Source of the DNA: Centroscyllium fabricii
Lineage: Eukaryota
NCBI GenBank assembly: GCA_051313645.2
Contig: JBNRSN020000027.1
Coordinates: 53,320,001-53,384,000, forward strand
DNA length: 64,000 nucleotides
Reading direction: 5' to 3'
Shown: positions 1 through 11,981 of the stretch, piece by piece
Layout of the letters: each line of letters begins with the position of its first letter
Position numbering within the stretch: the first letter of the stretch is position 1
Made by a program: the position numbers and the translations under genes
The notes under the pieces: model-generated
Told to the model about the DNA's origin: nothing
Databases searched by the model: none
What the model saw: only the letters and a program-made list of their open reading frames with translations

Positions 1-397
1 CCGCAGCATTCTTCCTGGCAGGCCAACACACTCAGGCTAAAATGATGCAGCCGTAAAGCGGACTTTCAGCTGTCTAATGGAGAGCAGCCAGGCCATCAAA
101 TCAGGCAGCTTTCTGTCTGCAACCAAAGCCTCTTGACAGTGAAGCACCTCAGGCATTTATCCCAGCTCCATTACTGCTCACAATGATCGCAAATTATGTG
201 TGTCGTTTTGAATGATTGAGAAACCTAGGTGAGTGGCCAAGGCCCAAAATGCAGGACACCCAGATTAAAAAGAACTGGCAGAAAGAGGAGATAAATCAAG
301 AGATAGTGACGAGATGGTGACAACCTTAATTTTAAAAGCCTGTATTTGTAGCTGACTTGGAGGCATCAGAGGAAACGATCTTCAAGCTTGCAAAGAA

Positions 398-880
398 ATG
401 AGCATCACTGCCTGGTATGGCAACAGCACTAAACAAGACCGTAGGGCCCTGCAGAGGGTAGTACGGTTGGCAGAACGTACCACCGGGGGTGCACTCCCTA
501 ACCTGCAGGATATCTACACCAGGCGGTGCATGACTAAGGCTAAGAAGGTCATTAAGGATCCTAGTCACCCGAACAACGGCCTCTTCTCACTGCTGCGGTC
601 AGGAAAACGCTACCGCAGCATTAAGACAGACACAGAGAGGCTTAGGAGGAGCTTTTACCCCCAAGTCATCCGGATCCTAAATGAAGACGCTGCCAAGGGT
701 CAGTATACTGACGATTGAATGCCTTTTCTTCTTAGAATTGTTAATTTATTATTTGAATTTATTGTTATCCGGAGAGCACAGACAAGGAGCTTGCGATTAA
801 GCATTTCACTGCACTTTATACATGTATAATGATGTATCTGACAAATAAAGTAAACTTGAACTTGCAAAACTTGAACTTGA
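398..880 (+). mobile_element. 5'-truncated Rex1/Babar-type LINE (C-terminal ORF2 fragment, 3'UTR, tail)
   Basis: ORF 398-718 (ITAWYGN...DRRALQRVVRLAERTTG...LQDIY...PSHP...SGKRYRS...SFYPQVIRILN) resembles the Rex1-clade C-terminus; ends TGACAAATAAA plus (CTTGAA)n; possible TSD CTTGCAAA at 387-394 and 861-868. Confidence 0.8.
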
Positions 881-1702
881 AGTTAGGATCTTAGATGAAA
901 GAAGTTTAATGGCATTTTATGAATCTGTTTCCCAGCTGTAGCCAGCAAAATTGAAAGGCTGGGTGGCTGTCGTGCGGGTAGGCCTGCGGCACTAGGCCGC
1001 GACCAGGGGTCGGGCATCGGGATGGGGCGGAGTCGGACATCGGGCTGGGGGGGGGGGGGTTGATCATGGAGGGGGGTGTCCGATCGCAGGGTGGGGGAGG
1101 GGGGGGGTCCGATTATGGGGATCCGATCGCAGGGATGGAAGCAGGTAAGCTCGGTAGGCCGGTGGGGGGTGAACCAACCTTGCTCCCTTTGGCACACAAG
1201 CGGTGCTGGAAAAGCACTCACCTGTTTCATCCAGACATTCTCGCCTCACTTCAGCTGTTGGGTTTCCCGACGCCCGGGAAACCCAGCCAGCCAACGTTAA
1301 ATCTGGAACAGAGATAAAATCTTCGGTGCGCAGCCTTGATGACCCATCTCTGGAGAGCAGGTTAGTCCCCCGCCGCACCCGCCAAACCCCTCCAAACACG
1401 TCTCCGTTAAAACCGGATGTAGGCGGGTTGGGGTTGGGATTCCCAATTTTTAATTTTTTAACCGTTTACTGTAGCAATTGATTAAGTGTCTGATTGGACT
1501 CCCTGCATTCTCCCGCTACACTGTCATGATGCAGAAGTTTCCCAAAACCCTTCCAGCAGTACAAAGTCCTCAAATAAAAAGGAAATGCAAATTTCATTCA
1601 CTTTTGTATTCTGAACCATGTGAATAGGGCCCACATACTGTAGACGTTACAAGGCTATCACAAACATTGTGACTAAACTAGAAAATACGGTAAATACACA
1701 AT

Positions 1703-2488
1703 GGGCGTGAAATTCGTGAGCGCATGTTTTCTGGCGCTAAAATTAGCGCCGGCGCTAAATTAGCACCGAGGCGCCCGATATTGGCGTTAGCGCCGGCCTT
1801 GCAAATTTCAGTGCTAATTCAGGTCTTGCACGGCTTCCAGGCGGCCAATTTTTTGCCGCTAATTACCGTTCCCGGGCACAGCGCTCTCTCACCAACTGCT
1901 TGCCTCCCCATGACCTCTGCAGCCGAATAGGACTTAAAGGGGAATAAGAGCAGCATCTTTTCCTCCCCGCTCTCTCATCAATTGACCGATCGGGGGCTGC
2001 CTGACCTCCCTCCCCGCTCTCTCATCAATTGACCGATCGGGGGCTGCCCGACCCCCCTCCGCACTCTCTGATCAGTGGCCGATCGGGGGTCGGGCGGCCC
2101 CCCTCCCCGCTCTCTCATCAATTGACTGCTCGGGCCAACTCCCCTCATCAGCTGGCCGCTCGGACCGAAGAGGGAGGGTGGCCCTTTTAGCAGCGCTGCA
2201 GCGGCCACTCAAACCCGCTGCAGCGCTTGCCGAAGCTGGCGCTGGCAGCGCGGGGCGGGGTGGACTGGCGCAAAAACGAATTTCGGGCGCAGCACGGCGG
2301 GCGGGCGTTGCACACACATTTCCACGAGGATGCTGATCGCTAATTAGCGCGTGCTAACGTTTAGTGCCAGCGCTAATCACTCTGCCAATTTAGCGCCCGC
2401 CGCTAATTTTGCCGCTAATTTGCCGCCGGCCCACTAGCGCTGATTTTCGGCGCCAATGGGCCGACGCTAAGGCGCCAATTTCACGCCC
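1703..2488 (+). mobile_element. GC-rich MITE, PIF/Harbinger-like (family A)
   Basis: Perfect TIR GGGCGTGAAATT (1703-1714) / AATTTCACGCCC (2477-2488); 3-bp TSD AAT; internal ~39-bp tandem repeats at ~1965-2150; homologous to 7490-8247 and 42093-42805. Confidence 0.8.
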
Positions 2489-2523
2489 AATGGGTTGATC
2501 AGCATCTAAAGGACGAAACCCGG

Positions 2524-2960
2524 TTAAGTTACGAGGAGGGATTACACAAACTAGGGTTGTATTCCCTAGAATTTAGAAGGTCAAGGGGTGATCTGATCAA
2601 AGTTTTCAGGATATTAAGGGGAACAGACAGGGTCGAGCGAGAGAAACTATTTCTGCTGGTTGGGGATTCTAGGACTAGGGGACAGAGTCTAAAATTAGAG
2701 CCAGACCTTTCAGGAGTGAAATTAGGAAACACTTCAACACACAGAGGGCGGTAGAAGTTTGGAACTCTCTTCCGCAAACGGCAATTGATGCTGGATCAAT
2801 TGTTAATTTTAAATCGGAGATTGATAGATTTTTGTTAACCGAAGGTATTGAAGGACATGGGCCAAAGGCGGGCATATGGGGTTAAGTCGCAGATCAGCCA
2901 TGATCTCATTGAATGGCAGAACAGGCTCGAGGGGCTGAATGGCCTCCTCCTGTTCCTATA
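2524..2960 (+). mobile_element. CR1 LINE 3' fragment
   Basis: YSLEFRR.RGDLIKVFRIL...SRTRG ORF2 C-terminus followed by CR1 3'UTR (GATCAGCCATGATCTCATTGAATGGC). Confidence 0.85.
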
Positions 2961-3345
2961 TCAATACTACATGCACGTGGACGGGAGTCTTGCGAGTAGT
3001 ATTTCTACTCCAAAGTGTTCCCTGTTAAAAAAAAAGATAGTTAAAAATTACTGTTGAGAACAGCTCTTTATTCAGTAAAATTGAGTTTTTACGGCCTGTT
3101 TCTCTTCAGATTTATACAGAAATATAAAATGACGAAAGTTCTTTTATCCTTCATCCTGCCATGTACAATTTGCACCTTCAACACACTCTATAACATCAGC
3201 AGCGAGCCACAAATCTGACACAATAAAGCTCTAAATTGCTTAAAAGAAAGTTTTGCATTTATATAGCACATTTCTCGACCTCAGGACACCCCCAAACGCT
3301 TTATAGCCAATGATATTTTATTTTGACATATATATTTTTTTATTT

Positions 3346-3784
3346 TTTATTTTATTTTATTCCTTGATGGGATGTGGGCATCGCTGGCTGGCTAGGCCTG
3401 CATTTAGTGCCCATCCCTAATTGCCCTTGAGAAGATGGTGGTGAGCCGCCTTCTTGAACCGCTGCAGTCCATATGGTGTAGGTACACCCACAATGTTGTT
3501 AGGAAGGGAGTTCCAGGATTTTGGCCCAGCGACAGTGAAGCAGCGGCGATACAGGTCCAAGTCAGGATGGTGTGTGGCTTGGAGGGGAACTTGTAGGTGG
3601 TGCTGTTCCCATGTGTCTGCTGCCCTTGTCCTTCTAAGTGGTAGAGGTCGCAGGTTTGGAAGGTGCTGTTGAAGGAGCTTTGGCGAGTTGCTGCAGTGCA
3701 TCCTGTAGATGGTACACACTGCAGCCACAGTGCGCCGGTGGTGGAGGGAGTGAATGTTGGAGGTGGTGGATGGAGTGCCATTCT
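3346..3784 (-). mobile_element. CR1-group LINE 3' fragment (NIHSLHHRR family)
   Basis: ORF NIHSLHHRRTVAAVCTIYRMHC...SWNSLP...FKKAAHHHLLKGN; same family at 47305-47432 and 56205-57440. Confidence 0.75.
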
Positions 3785-3813
3785 CAATCCAGCTCTTAGT
3801 AGCCCACAGTACT

Positions 3814-4085
3814 TGATGCACAATCAATTACGCCAGTTGATGGTTAGATGTAATCGAGGCTTTTATTCACATAGAAGTGGACACAGGTCCGACGATCTTC
3901 CAAGCCAAAGTGAGAGCACTCAGTTGTGCTGGCACTTTTATACCCAGTGGGCGGAGCCTGGGGAGGAAGCCGGGGAGCGGAGTCCTCCCAGGTGAGTCCT
4001 CCCTGGCAAGGAGGCGTTACGTACAGTTACAGGGAGGGGACACAAGGGGGAGACATATATATACTATATACAGTGGTTTACCACA
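3814..4085 (-). mobile_element. Gypsy solo LTR
   Basis: Minus strand TGTGGTAAACC...TATAAAA...AATAAAAGCC...TGCATCA; 5-bp TSD GTACT (3809-3813, 4086-4090); termini match LTRs at 53731 and 55493. Confidence 0.85.
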
Positions 4086-4250
4086 GTACTAACCTGACAA
4101 TTTCAGTTAGAGAGGACACAAGGTGGCTGGTGTGGGTGGGGGAGGGCCGTGGTTTGAAAAATATCAGACTGGTACAGCGGGGGTCTCTGCCGAGTTTGAG
4201 ACTGAGATACAGGCCCGGATATTAACAGGGGTGGGTCACGTAGGAGGAAG

Positions 4251-4832
4251 GCTGGTAAGGCCACAGCTGGAATACTGTGTGCAGTTCTGGTCGCCACACG
4301 ATAGGAAGGATGTGATTGCTTTGGAGAGGGTGCAAAGGAGAGTCACCAGGAAACATCTATGAAGAGAGACTGGACAGGCTGGGGTTGTTTTCCTTGGAGC
4401 AGAGAAGGCTGAGGGGGGACCTGATTGAGGTGTACAAAATTATGAGGGGCATAGATAGGGTAGATAGAAAGGAATGTTTCCCCTTAGTAGAGGGGTCAAT
4501 AACCAGAGGGCATAGTTTCAAGGTAAGGGGCAGGAGGTTTATAGGGGATTTGAGGAAGAACTTTTTCACCCAGAGGGTGGTTGGAATCTGGAACTCACTG
4601 CCTGAAAGGGTGGTAGAGGCAGGAACTCTCACAACATTCAAGAAGCATTTAGATGAGCACTTGGAATGCCATAATCCCTTGCCTTGTTAGTCCTTCCAAA
4701 ATGCATCACCTCACACTTTTCAGGGTTAAATTCCATTTGCCACTGTTCCGCCCATCTGACCAACCCATCTATATCGTCCTGCAGACTGAGGCTTCCCTCC
4801 TCGCTATTTACCACCCCACCAATTTTCGTGTC
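4251..4832. mobile_element. CR1 fragment (+, 4251-4675) joined to an inverted upstream piece of the same family (-, 4676-4832)
   Basis: + strand LVRPQLEYC...FFTQRVVGIWNSLP; - strand TKIGGVV...QWQMEFNPEKCEVMHFG; both match the CR1 at 40975-42090. Confidence 0.8.
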
Positions 4833-5467
4833 ACACCCAAGACTGATCCACTGCTCACTTGACGTCCACACATCCTGCTTTGGTTGCTGGATAGTGATCA
4901 GAAGCCGGAGGACTGGCTGATTGTCCTTTCCCTAATCAAGCAGTGTTAAGGTAAGCCCTGCAGCACTGTTGCCACCAGCCCGGCTAAGGTTAGCCATCTC
5001 GCTGCAGAGCGGGTATCAAACTTTAGACCTCCCTGATTCATGCGGATAAACTCCTGGGCATCAGTGGAGCTAAGAGAACATTTCGCAAATTTATTCAATG
5101 CAACATGTTTGAGGTTATATGACACACTATAAAAGTATCCAGGGACATAAATATCATTAAAGGTTGGCATCAATAAAATTTCTGTTCATAATCTGAAACT
5201 GCATCAACGACATTTACTCAAAGATTTATGTTACCTCGAAGACAAGTATAAACACATGCGGGTGTAAATTAATATTGACAGAGATTAAGATCAAGCGATA
5301 GCGATAGAATCTATTTGTATTAAGTTCCATTTTTATAGTAATCTTTATGGTTGAAAACCTAAACCTGGAATTCTGCAAATGCTTAACAGTACAATTTCTG
5401 TATGGAGGTCGAGAGCAGCCTGTTTTTGGGCCATTTAGAGCTTAAGTTTTCTGTTACTAACCATAAC

Positions 5468-7038
5468 AATATATTCTATGCCTTGCTAACGCTGCGCACC
5501 TCTCCTGGCCGATCTCCCATCTTCCACCCGAAATAAACTTGGGGGGAAAAATTTGGTTGATTAGTGCCTCCCGTTAGTGCGCTTATGGGGCGCAAAGCAA
5601 CCAGCGCCTGAGCGTGGCGATGTTTGTGCCGCTCGCGAAATTGACCAGACATTTTGCGGCAGCGTTAAATCCTACCGCCATGATCTGTGCCCGCAGATCA
5701 TGACGTCAGTGGAGCATGCAACGCCCCGGACCAGATATTGAGTCGTCTTTCTTCCTGCCGCTAGCAACGACAGGTAATGGGGAACGTTTTTGCATTCTGG
5801 AAGGGGCTTGAGGTGCGCTATTTAAAGGTGGCCACTTCCTGCCTTTTGTTGTCGGCAACATTTTTGGTACATGCAGGTTGAGAGGGAGAGAGAGAACTGG
5901 AAAAATTTAACGCTGTCCTAAAGAGTTTTGGCCCTCAGCACCACTTTTGGGGTTCCTAAGCGCCGAGCTCTTTCCCTGGGCCTATCCATTGGTGGTTTTA
6001 GCACAATTGCTTTACAGGTCGTTCCAGACCGAGATTCAAGGCTGCAATGAGCAGGGTGTGGCTGGACAGCAACATCGACCCTCCCCTTTAAGAACTGGCT
6101 GGTGCCAGTGCGTCTATGTTCCATTGCTAACTGACATCACATGAGCTTTGCCAGCGCTCTGAGGTACATAAGAACATAAGAAATAGGGGCAGGAGTAGGC
6201 CAATCGGCCCTTCGAGCCTGCTCCACCATTCAATAAGATCATGGCTGATCTGATCCGAACAACCAACCTACTATAGGATTACATAGGTCACAGAAGCATC
6301 TCCTGCATCTAACAGAATTCGACACACAAAATAGGAGCAAAATAGGTAGCGCCTTGCTCCTCGGCGTTAGCGCCTTAACGCAGGCGTGTAGCGCCGGACT
6401 TAGCGCTCAAATCACCTAAAGGAGTGATAGAGGCCAAGTTTGCAGTTGGAGGCAATAATTAGCGGCGGGCGCTAAACTTTGCGCCCGGCTGATATTAGCG
6501 CACCAAATGGGGCAATACCGAATTTCTCCCCCTTGATCTCAGCAAAAACGCTGCTGCCCTAACTCATATCAAGTCCCGTTCACCCATCATCGCTGTGTTC
6601 ACTGACCAGCACTGGTTCCTGGTCCTGGCAGCGCCTCAATTTTTAAATTTTCACCCTTGTTCTCAAATCCCTCCATGGCCCTCATCCTATTGCTCTCGCC
6701 TCCTCCAGCCCTGCAAGCCTTCGGGATTTCTGCGCTCTTCCAATTTTGGCCTCTTGCGCATCCCTGATTTTAATCATTTCACCATTGGTGCTCGTGCCTT
6801 CAGCTGCCAAGGCCCTAAGCTCTGGAACTGATTCCCTAAACCTCTCCGCCTCTCTACCTTTCACTCCTACTTTAAGATGCTCCTTAAAACCTCCCTCTTT
6901 GACCAAGCTTTTGGTCACCTGCCCTAATATCTCCTGATGTGGCTCGGTGTCAAATTTTATTTGATAATCGCTCCTGTGAAACGCCTTGGGACGTTTTACT
7001 ACGTTAAAGGCGCTATATAAATGTTGCTGTTGCTGTTG
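5468..7038 (+). mobile_element. L2 LINE 3' fragment interrupted by a MITE
   Basis: Degenerate L2 C-terminal coding (PIT..L..LHW, RAFS.QGP.LWN) continues across the MITE; L2-type end GGCGCTATATAAATG(TTG)n. Confidence 0.7.
5541..6531 (+). mobile_element. PIF/Harbinger-like MITE (family B) containing a small CR1 tail insertion (~6166-6255, -)
   Basis: TIR GGGGGGAAAAATT / AATTTCTCCCC; TSD CTT (5538-5540, 6532-6534); left part homologous to 27193-27550. Confidence 0.7.
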
Positions 7039-7489
7039 TCTTGGAACCATAGACACCAGAATAGAGAGATAAATGTTTAGCCAGCCTGGAACATCTTGCT
7101 ACACACAGATACACCCTGGTACCGGAAGTGGAATTATGTAAGTTATGGAATGCAGTTAGCTATGGAATAGTGCAGCTAGAAATAAAATAAATGGGGTGAG
7201 ATCATAGCCATAACGAGTGCTCCCCCAACTCTCACCACCCCCCTCCCCCCGATTCCACAGACCTGGTGATTGACAGCTCCACTGCAATCCCAACTTACCT
7301 GAGGGCTGCTGCCAGTGAAGCAGATGGCACAAAATTGTCTTTCTCATGGGGCGAGCTGACTGTGGAGGTGCGACAGGCATTGGCAGCTCTCTCTGATTAT
7401 GCAGATGAGGGCCCAAGGACCCATTCTTACCAATCCTCGGTCCTCTTGGTTTGGGCCTAGCTAAAAGCTACCACATCCTGTTGCTATTC

Positions 7490-8247
7490 TTTGGCTGGAG
7501 CTGATTGCGGCGCTAAATCTAGCGTTGCACGAGTGCAAACGCCCAATTTCGTGGCGCTAATTGCCGATCGCGGGCGCAGCGCTCCTTCAGCAACTCCTTG
7601 CTTTCCCATGAACATTGGAGGCGGAAAGGTCTTAAAGGGGGTAGGGGAATCAGTGCATGATGTGTCGGCACCCCTCCCTCATCATCTCCCTGATCTCTGC
7701 CAACGCCCCTCATCATCTCTCCGATCTCGCCCGACCCCCCTCATCATCTGCCCAATCTCAGGCTGCCCGACCCCCCCCTCAGCAGCTAGCCGATCTCAAG
7801 CTGCCTGACCCCCCTCAGCAGCTAGCCGATCTCAAGCTGCCTGACCCCCCTCAGCATCTGGCCGATCTCTGGCTGACCCCCCTCCTGCAGCAACTGGCCA
7901 ATCTCGGGGTGAAGAGGCTACCGAGGAAAGGGAGGGTCGCCCTTTTAGCAGCGCTGCAGCGGCCACTCAGACCCTCAGCAGCGCTTGCCATATCTGGCGC
8001 TGGCAGCGCTGCGCCAGGGGAACTGGCGCAAAGGCGAATTTCAGGCGCAGCCTGGCGGGCGGGCGTTGCACCCGGATATGCACGACGATTGCCGATCGCA
8101 AATTAGCGCGCGCTAACAGTTAGCGCCGGCGCTAATCACTGGGTGAATTTTGGGCACGCCGCCAAATTGGTAGCGCCCGGCGCTAAAACCTGTAGCGCCC
8201 ATTTTTTGGCGCGAAACGGACGGCGCTGAAGCGCCAATTTCACGTCC
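7490..8247 (+). mobile_element. Family A-related MITE, left end degenerate
   Basis: Shares CCTTTTAGCAGCGCTGCAGCGGCCACTCA core and right TIR AATTTCACGTCC with 1703-2488; internal ~33-bp tandem repeats. Confidence 0.7.
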
Positions 8248-8858
8248 ATAGAGTTATACAGCACAGAAAGAGGCCCTTCGGCCCATCGCGTCTGCGCCGG
8301 CCATCAAGCCCTGTCTATTCTAATCCCATTTTCCTGCATTTGGTCCGTAGCCTTGTATGCTATGACATTTCAAGTGCTCATCTAAATGCTTCTTGAATGT
8401 TGTGATAGTTCCTGCCTCTACCACCCTTTCAGGCAGTGAGTTCCAGATTCCAACAGATTCCAACCGCCCTCTGGGTGAAAAAGTTCTTCCTCAAATCCCC
8501 TCTAAACCTCCTGCCCCTTACCTTGAAACTTTGCCCCCTTGTTTTTGACCCCTCTACTAAGGGGAAAAGTTCCTTTCTATCTACCCTATCTATGCCCCTC
8601 ATAATTTTGTACACCTCAATCAGGTCCCCCCCTCAGCCTTCTCTGCTCTAAGGAAAACAACCCCAGCCTGTCCAGTCTTTCTTCACAGCTGAGCGCTCCA
8701 GCCCAGGTAACTTCCTGGTGAATCTCCTCTGCACCCTCTCCAAAGCAATCACATCCTTCTTATAGTGTGGCGACCAGAACTGCACACAGTACTCCAGCTG
8801 TGGCCTTACCAGCATTTTGTACAGCTCCATCATAACCTCTCTGCTCTTATATTCTATG

Positions 8859-9042
8859 TAAGAAGTCACACAACACCAGATTATAGTCCAACAGTTTTAT
8901 TTGAAATCACAAGCTTTCGGAACACTGGAGCAGCGCTCTGAAAGCTTGTGATTTCAAATAAAACTGTTGGCCTATAACCTGGTGTTGCGTGACTTCTTAC
9001 ATTTGTCCATCCCAGTCCAACACCGGCACCTCCACATCACCA
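8859..9042 (+). mobile_element. Hairpin retroelement family 1 (Penelope pseudo-LTR-like), centrally deleted copy
   Basis: Inverted arms 8858-8921 / 8937-9000, unique tail ...CCAACACCGGCACCTCCACATCA; exact 13-bp TSD CTTATATTCTATG (8846-8858, 9043-9055). Confidence 0.8.
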
Positions 9043-9557
9043 CTTATATTCTATGCCTCGGCTAATGAAGGCAAGTATCCCATATGCCTTTTTAACCACC
9101 TTATCCACCTGTCCTGCTGCCTTCAGGGATCTATGTACATGCACACCAAGGTCCCTCTGATCCTCTGTCTTTCCTAGGGTCCTACCATTCATTGTGTATT
9201 CCCTTGCTTTGTTAGTCCTTCCAAAATGCATCACCTCACACTTTTCAGGGTTAAATTCCATTTGCCACTGTTCTGCCCATCTGACCAACCCATCTATATC
9301 ATCCTGCAGACTGAGGCCTCCCTCCTCGCTATTTACCACTCCACCAATTTTCATGTCATCTGCGAACTTACTGATCATACCTTTTACATTTATATCCAAA
9401 TCAATAATGTAGACTACAAACAGCAAGGGACCCAGCACCGATCACTGCGGTACCCCACTGGACACAGGCTTCCAGCCGCAAAAACCTCCGACCATCATCC
9501 TCTGCCTTCTGCCACGAAGCCAGTTTTGGATCCACTGTGCCAAGGTGCCCTGGATCC

Positions 9558-9843
9558 TGTGGTGTATGTGAGTAGGCTAAGATGGACAGTCTGTGAGCCA
9601 ATGGCAATGCCGCTGTATCAGCCTGTGAGCCAATGGCATAGCAGCTGTATTGGGAACTATATTATATATTGGAAGGTTACTGTAGTACCGTTTTGGGCCA
9701 CAGCCTATAAATAGCGCTGTACCGAATGTATCAGTGGGCTTCCACCTGGATATCGATCAGTAAAGACCTTTGTTAGTAAGCTCTGTGCCTGTGTCTTATT
9801 TGCCTCACACACACCTCGAGAAACGGTAATCGAAAACACAACA
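9558..9843 (+). mobile_element. Gypsy solo LTR related at its termini to the 16435-22310 element
   Basis: TGTGGTGTATGTG...AAACACAACA; TSD GATCC (9553-9557, 9844-9848); two CCAAT boxes, TATAAATA, AGTAAA. Confidence 0.85.
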
Positions 9844-10306
9844 GATCCCATGGGCTCTTCTTACCTTCTTGACCAGCCTCCTATGCGGGACTTTATCAAA
9901 AGGATGACTTTATGCTAGAATGGTGCTTGAGAGAAGGACGCATTTGACAGAAAGATAATTAAGTTCATTGCCATCCAATGCATAATTGTCAGGCATGCAC
10001 CGATGCAAGTTATACAACACAAGAATTTTAAGCTACAGGAAAAGTCCATTCGGTGTAATAAGGCCCTCTATTGTGACAACAGAAAGTGCTAGAAACACTC
10101 GGCAGGTCAGGCAGCATCGAGGAGAGAGAAACAGAGTTAATGTTTTGGGTCGAACCCATCGTCAGAACTCAAGTTTATTTTTGACTTATCTCAACCCCAC
10201 CCACCCACCTTCGCACCATATCGCTCAACTGCTGGGATATTGTGTAAGAGGAAAGACAAAGGTCATCTGAGAGTCAGCAGGCTGTTCGACCAGAGTGTTT
10301 TTAAAC

Positions 10307-10750
10307 TGACGTATCGTCAATAAGACTGAAAGATGAAGAGTTACCTTAACTAAAGGCTTTTATTCGCTAAAGAATGGAGCGTGTCTCGGCTGACCCCGCC
10401 TCTGACTCCTCCCCTGGGTCTCGGTACATAGGTGGCTGCTTGCCATTGTTGAAAAATTTAGCGAATAAAATTGACGTATCGTCAATAAGACTAAAAGACG
10501 AAGAGTTACCTTAACTAAAGGCTTTTATTCGCTAAAGAATGGAGCGTGTCTCGGCTGAGCTCCGGGCTGTACTGACCGGGGGATGGTAAGCAGCCACCTA
10601 TGTACCTAGACCCAGAGGAGGAGTCAGAGGCGGGGTCAGCCGAGGCAAGCTCCTGCAATCAGGTATTTACAGGTATGTACAGCGTTAACAGCAAGGTAGT
10701 TACAGGTACATTACGGTACTATGGCAGTGGTATAACACCGGTTTACCACA
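10307..10750 (-). mobile_element. 444-bp miniature LTR element: full LTR, short leader, rearranged partial second LTR
   Basis: TSD TAAAC (10302-10306, 10751-10755); full LTR 10472-10750 (TGTGGTAAACC...TACGTCA); duplicated LTR end 10307-10393. Confidence 0.8.
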
Positions 10751-11059
10751 TAAACCAATCGTGATCGTAGGCCTCAACTGAAGCCTTATTTTTCTTCCCG
10801 ATCAGTACCTATGGGAACTTCTATTAATCTGGCGGATCTGAGAGGTGAGGCAGAAGGTGAAAAGTCTCCTCCTCTCAATGACCAGGAATTGACGAATAAT
10901 AAGAAATTGGAAAAAAAATCAAGAAAAGGCAGGGGGAAGAAAAAGAAATAGAAAAAATGGAACAAGCTGTTCAGATGGTTCAATGAGTTTATCCAGTGGG
11001 TACTTTAATTCAGCAGACATTTCTCAAGCTGCAGTCTTAATTTCTTCATGTGACCGAGT

Positions 11060-11760
11060 GAATTTTAAAATTCTTATCCTTGCTTTCAAATCCCTCCATG
11101 GCCTCGCCCTCTCCCTGTCTCTGTATACTCCTCCAGTCCTACAACTGTTTCGTTTTGTATTTGTGGGTTCCAAGATGACACATTTGTGAAGGAGAATGTT
11201 GTTTAATCTATTTAACTCCACATCTTGTTTAATCTAAAGTATATACAAGTAACTTACAGCTTTAACATGAGGCTTTTACACAGGCTGCACAGAGTCTCCA
11301 TCTTGGAGATCCAACTTAAACTGAAACCAAAACTAACTTATACAGCACTGGCTTCTTGTCACATGACCTCTGCTGGCCAGGCATGGATAATCAAACAGGC
11401 AACTATGATCCTTCTGTTAGCAAGGCATAGATAATCATTACAACAACCCTCCAAGATCTCTGCATTCCTCCAATTCTGGTCTCTTGGACATCCCTGATTT
11501 TCATCACTCCACCGTTAGCAGCCGTGCTTTCGGGTGCCTGGGCCCTGAGCTCTGGAATTCCCTCCCTAATCCTCTTCGCCTCTCTCTCCTCCTTTAAGAT
11601 GCTCCTTTAAACCTCCCTCTTTGACCAAGTTTTTGGTCACCTGCCCTAATATCTCCTTCAGTGGCTCAGTGTCAACATTTGTTTGATAATCGCTCCTGTG
11701 AAGCGCCTTGGGGCGTTTTACTACGTTAAAGGTGCTGTATGAATACACGTTGTTGTTGTT
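11060..11760 (+). mobile_element. L2 3' fragment interrupted by a solo LTR
   Basis: FKILILAFKSLHGLA motif and 3' end homologous to 6640-7038. Confidence 0.7.
11146..11442 (-). mobile_element. Solo LTR
   Basis: TG...CA termini; TSD ACAAC (11141-11145, 11443-11447); TATA-like and ATTAAA signals on the minus strand. Confidence 0.7.
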
Positions 11761-11981
11761 GAATTCCCCCAGGCTTCTCCAACTGATCTGCGACAACATT
11801 GGCAGATGAACCGCCGAAATCCCAAATTAACAGCGTCAGCAACATTTCTGCCAGAGATTCACCCCCACACGTATTGCCACTCACTGGTGCAAAGGCCATC
11901 AAGGGGCTTCAAACAAACTGAATTAAAGGGGAATTTTGATTGCAATGATACCACACTCAAAGTCATTTTCGTGATGCCATG

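Larger units (their letters stand above)
8248..9900 (-). mobile_element. CR1 LINE fragment with two nested insertions
   Basis: RT motifs LGPLLFVVYI...SKFADD...QWQMEFN and C-terminal ORF pieces; interrupted at 8859-9042 and 9558-9843. Confidence 0.9.

Noticed and set aside
940-1460. G-rich, CpG-rich patch as a promoter or G-quadruplex element
   Set aside because: Resembles the interiors of the GC-rich MITEs here; no termini or transcript evidence to support a call
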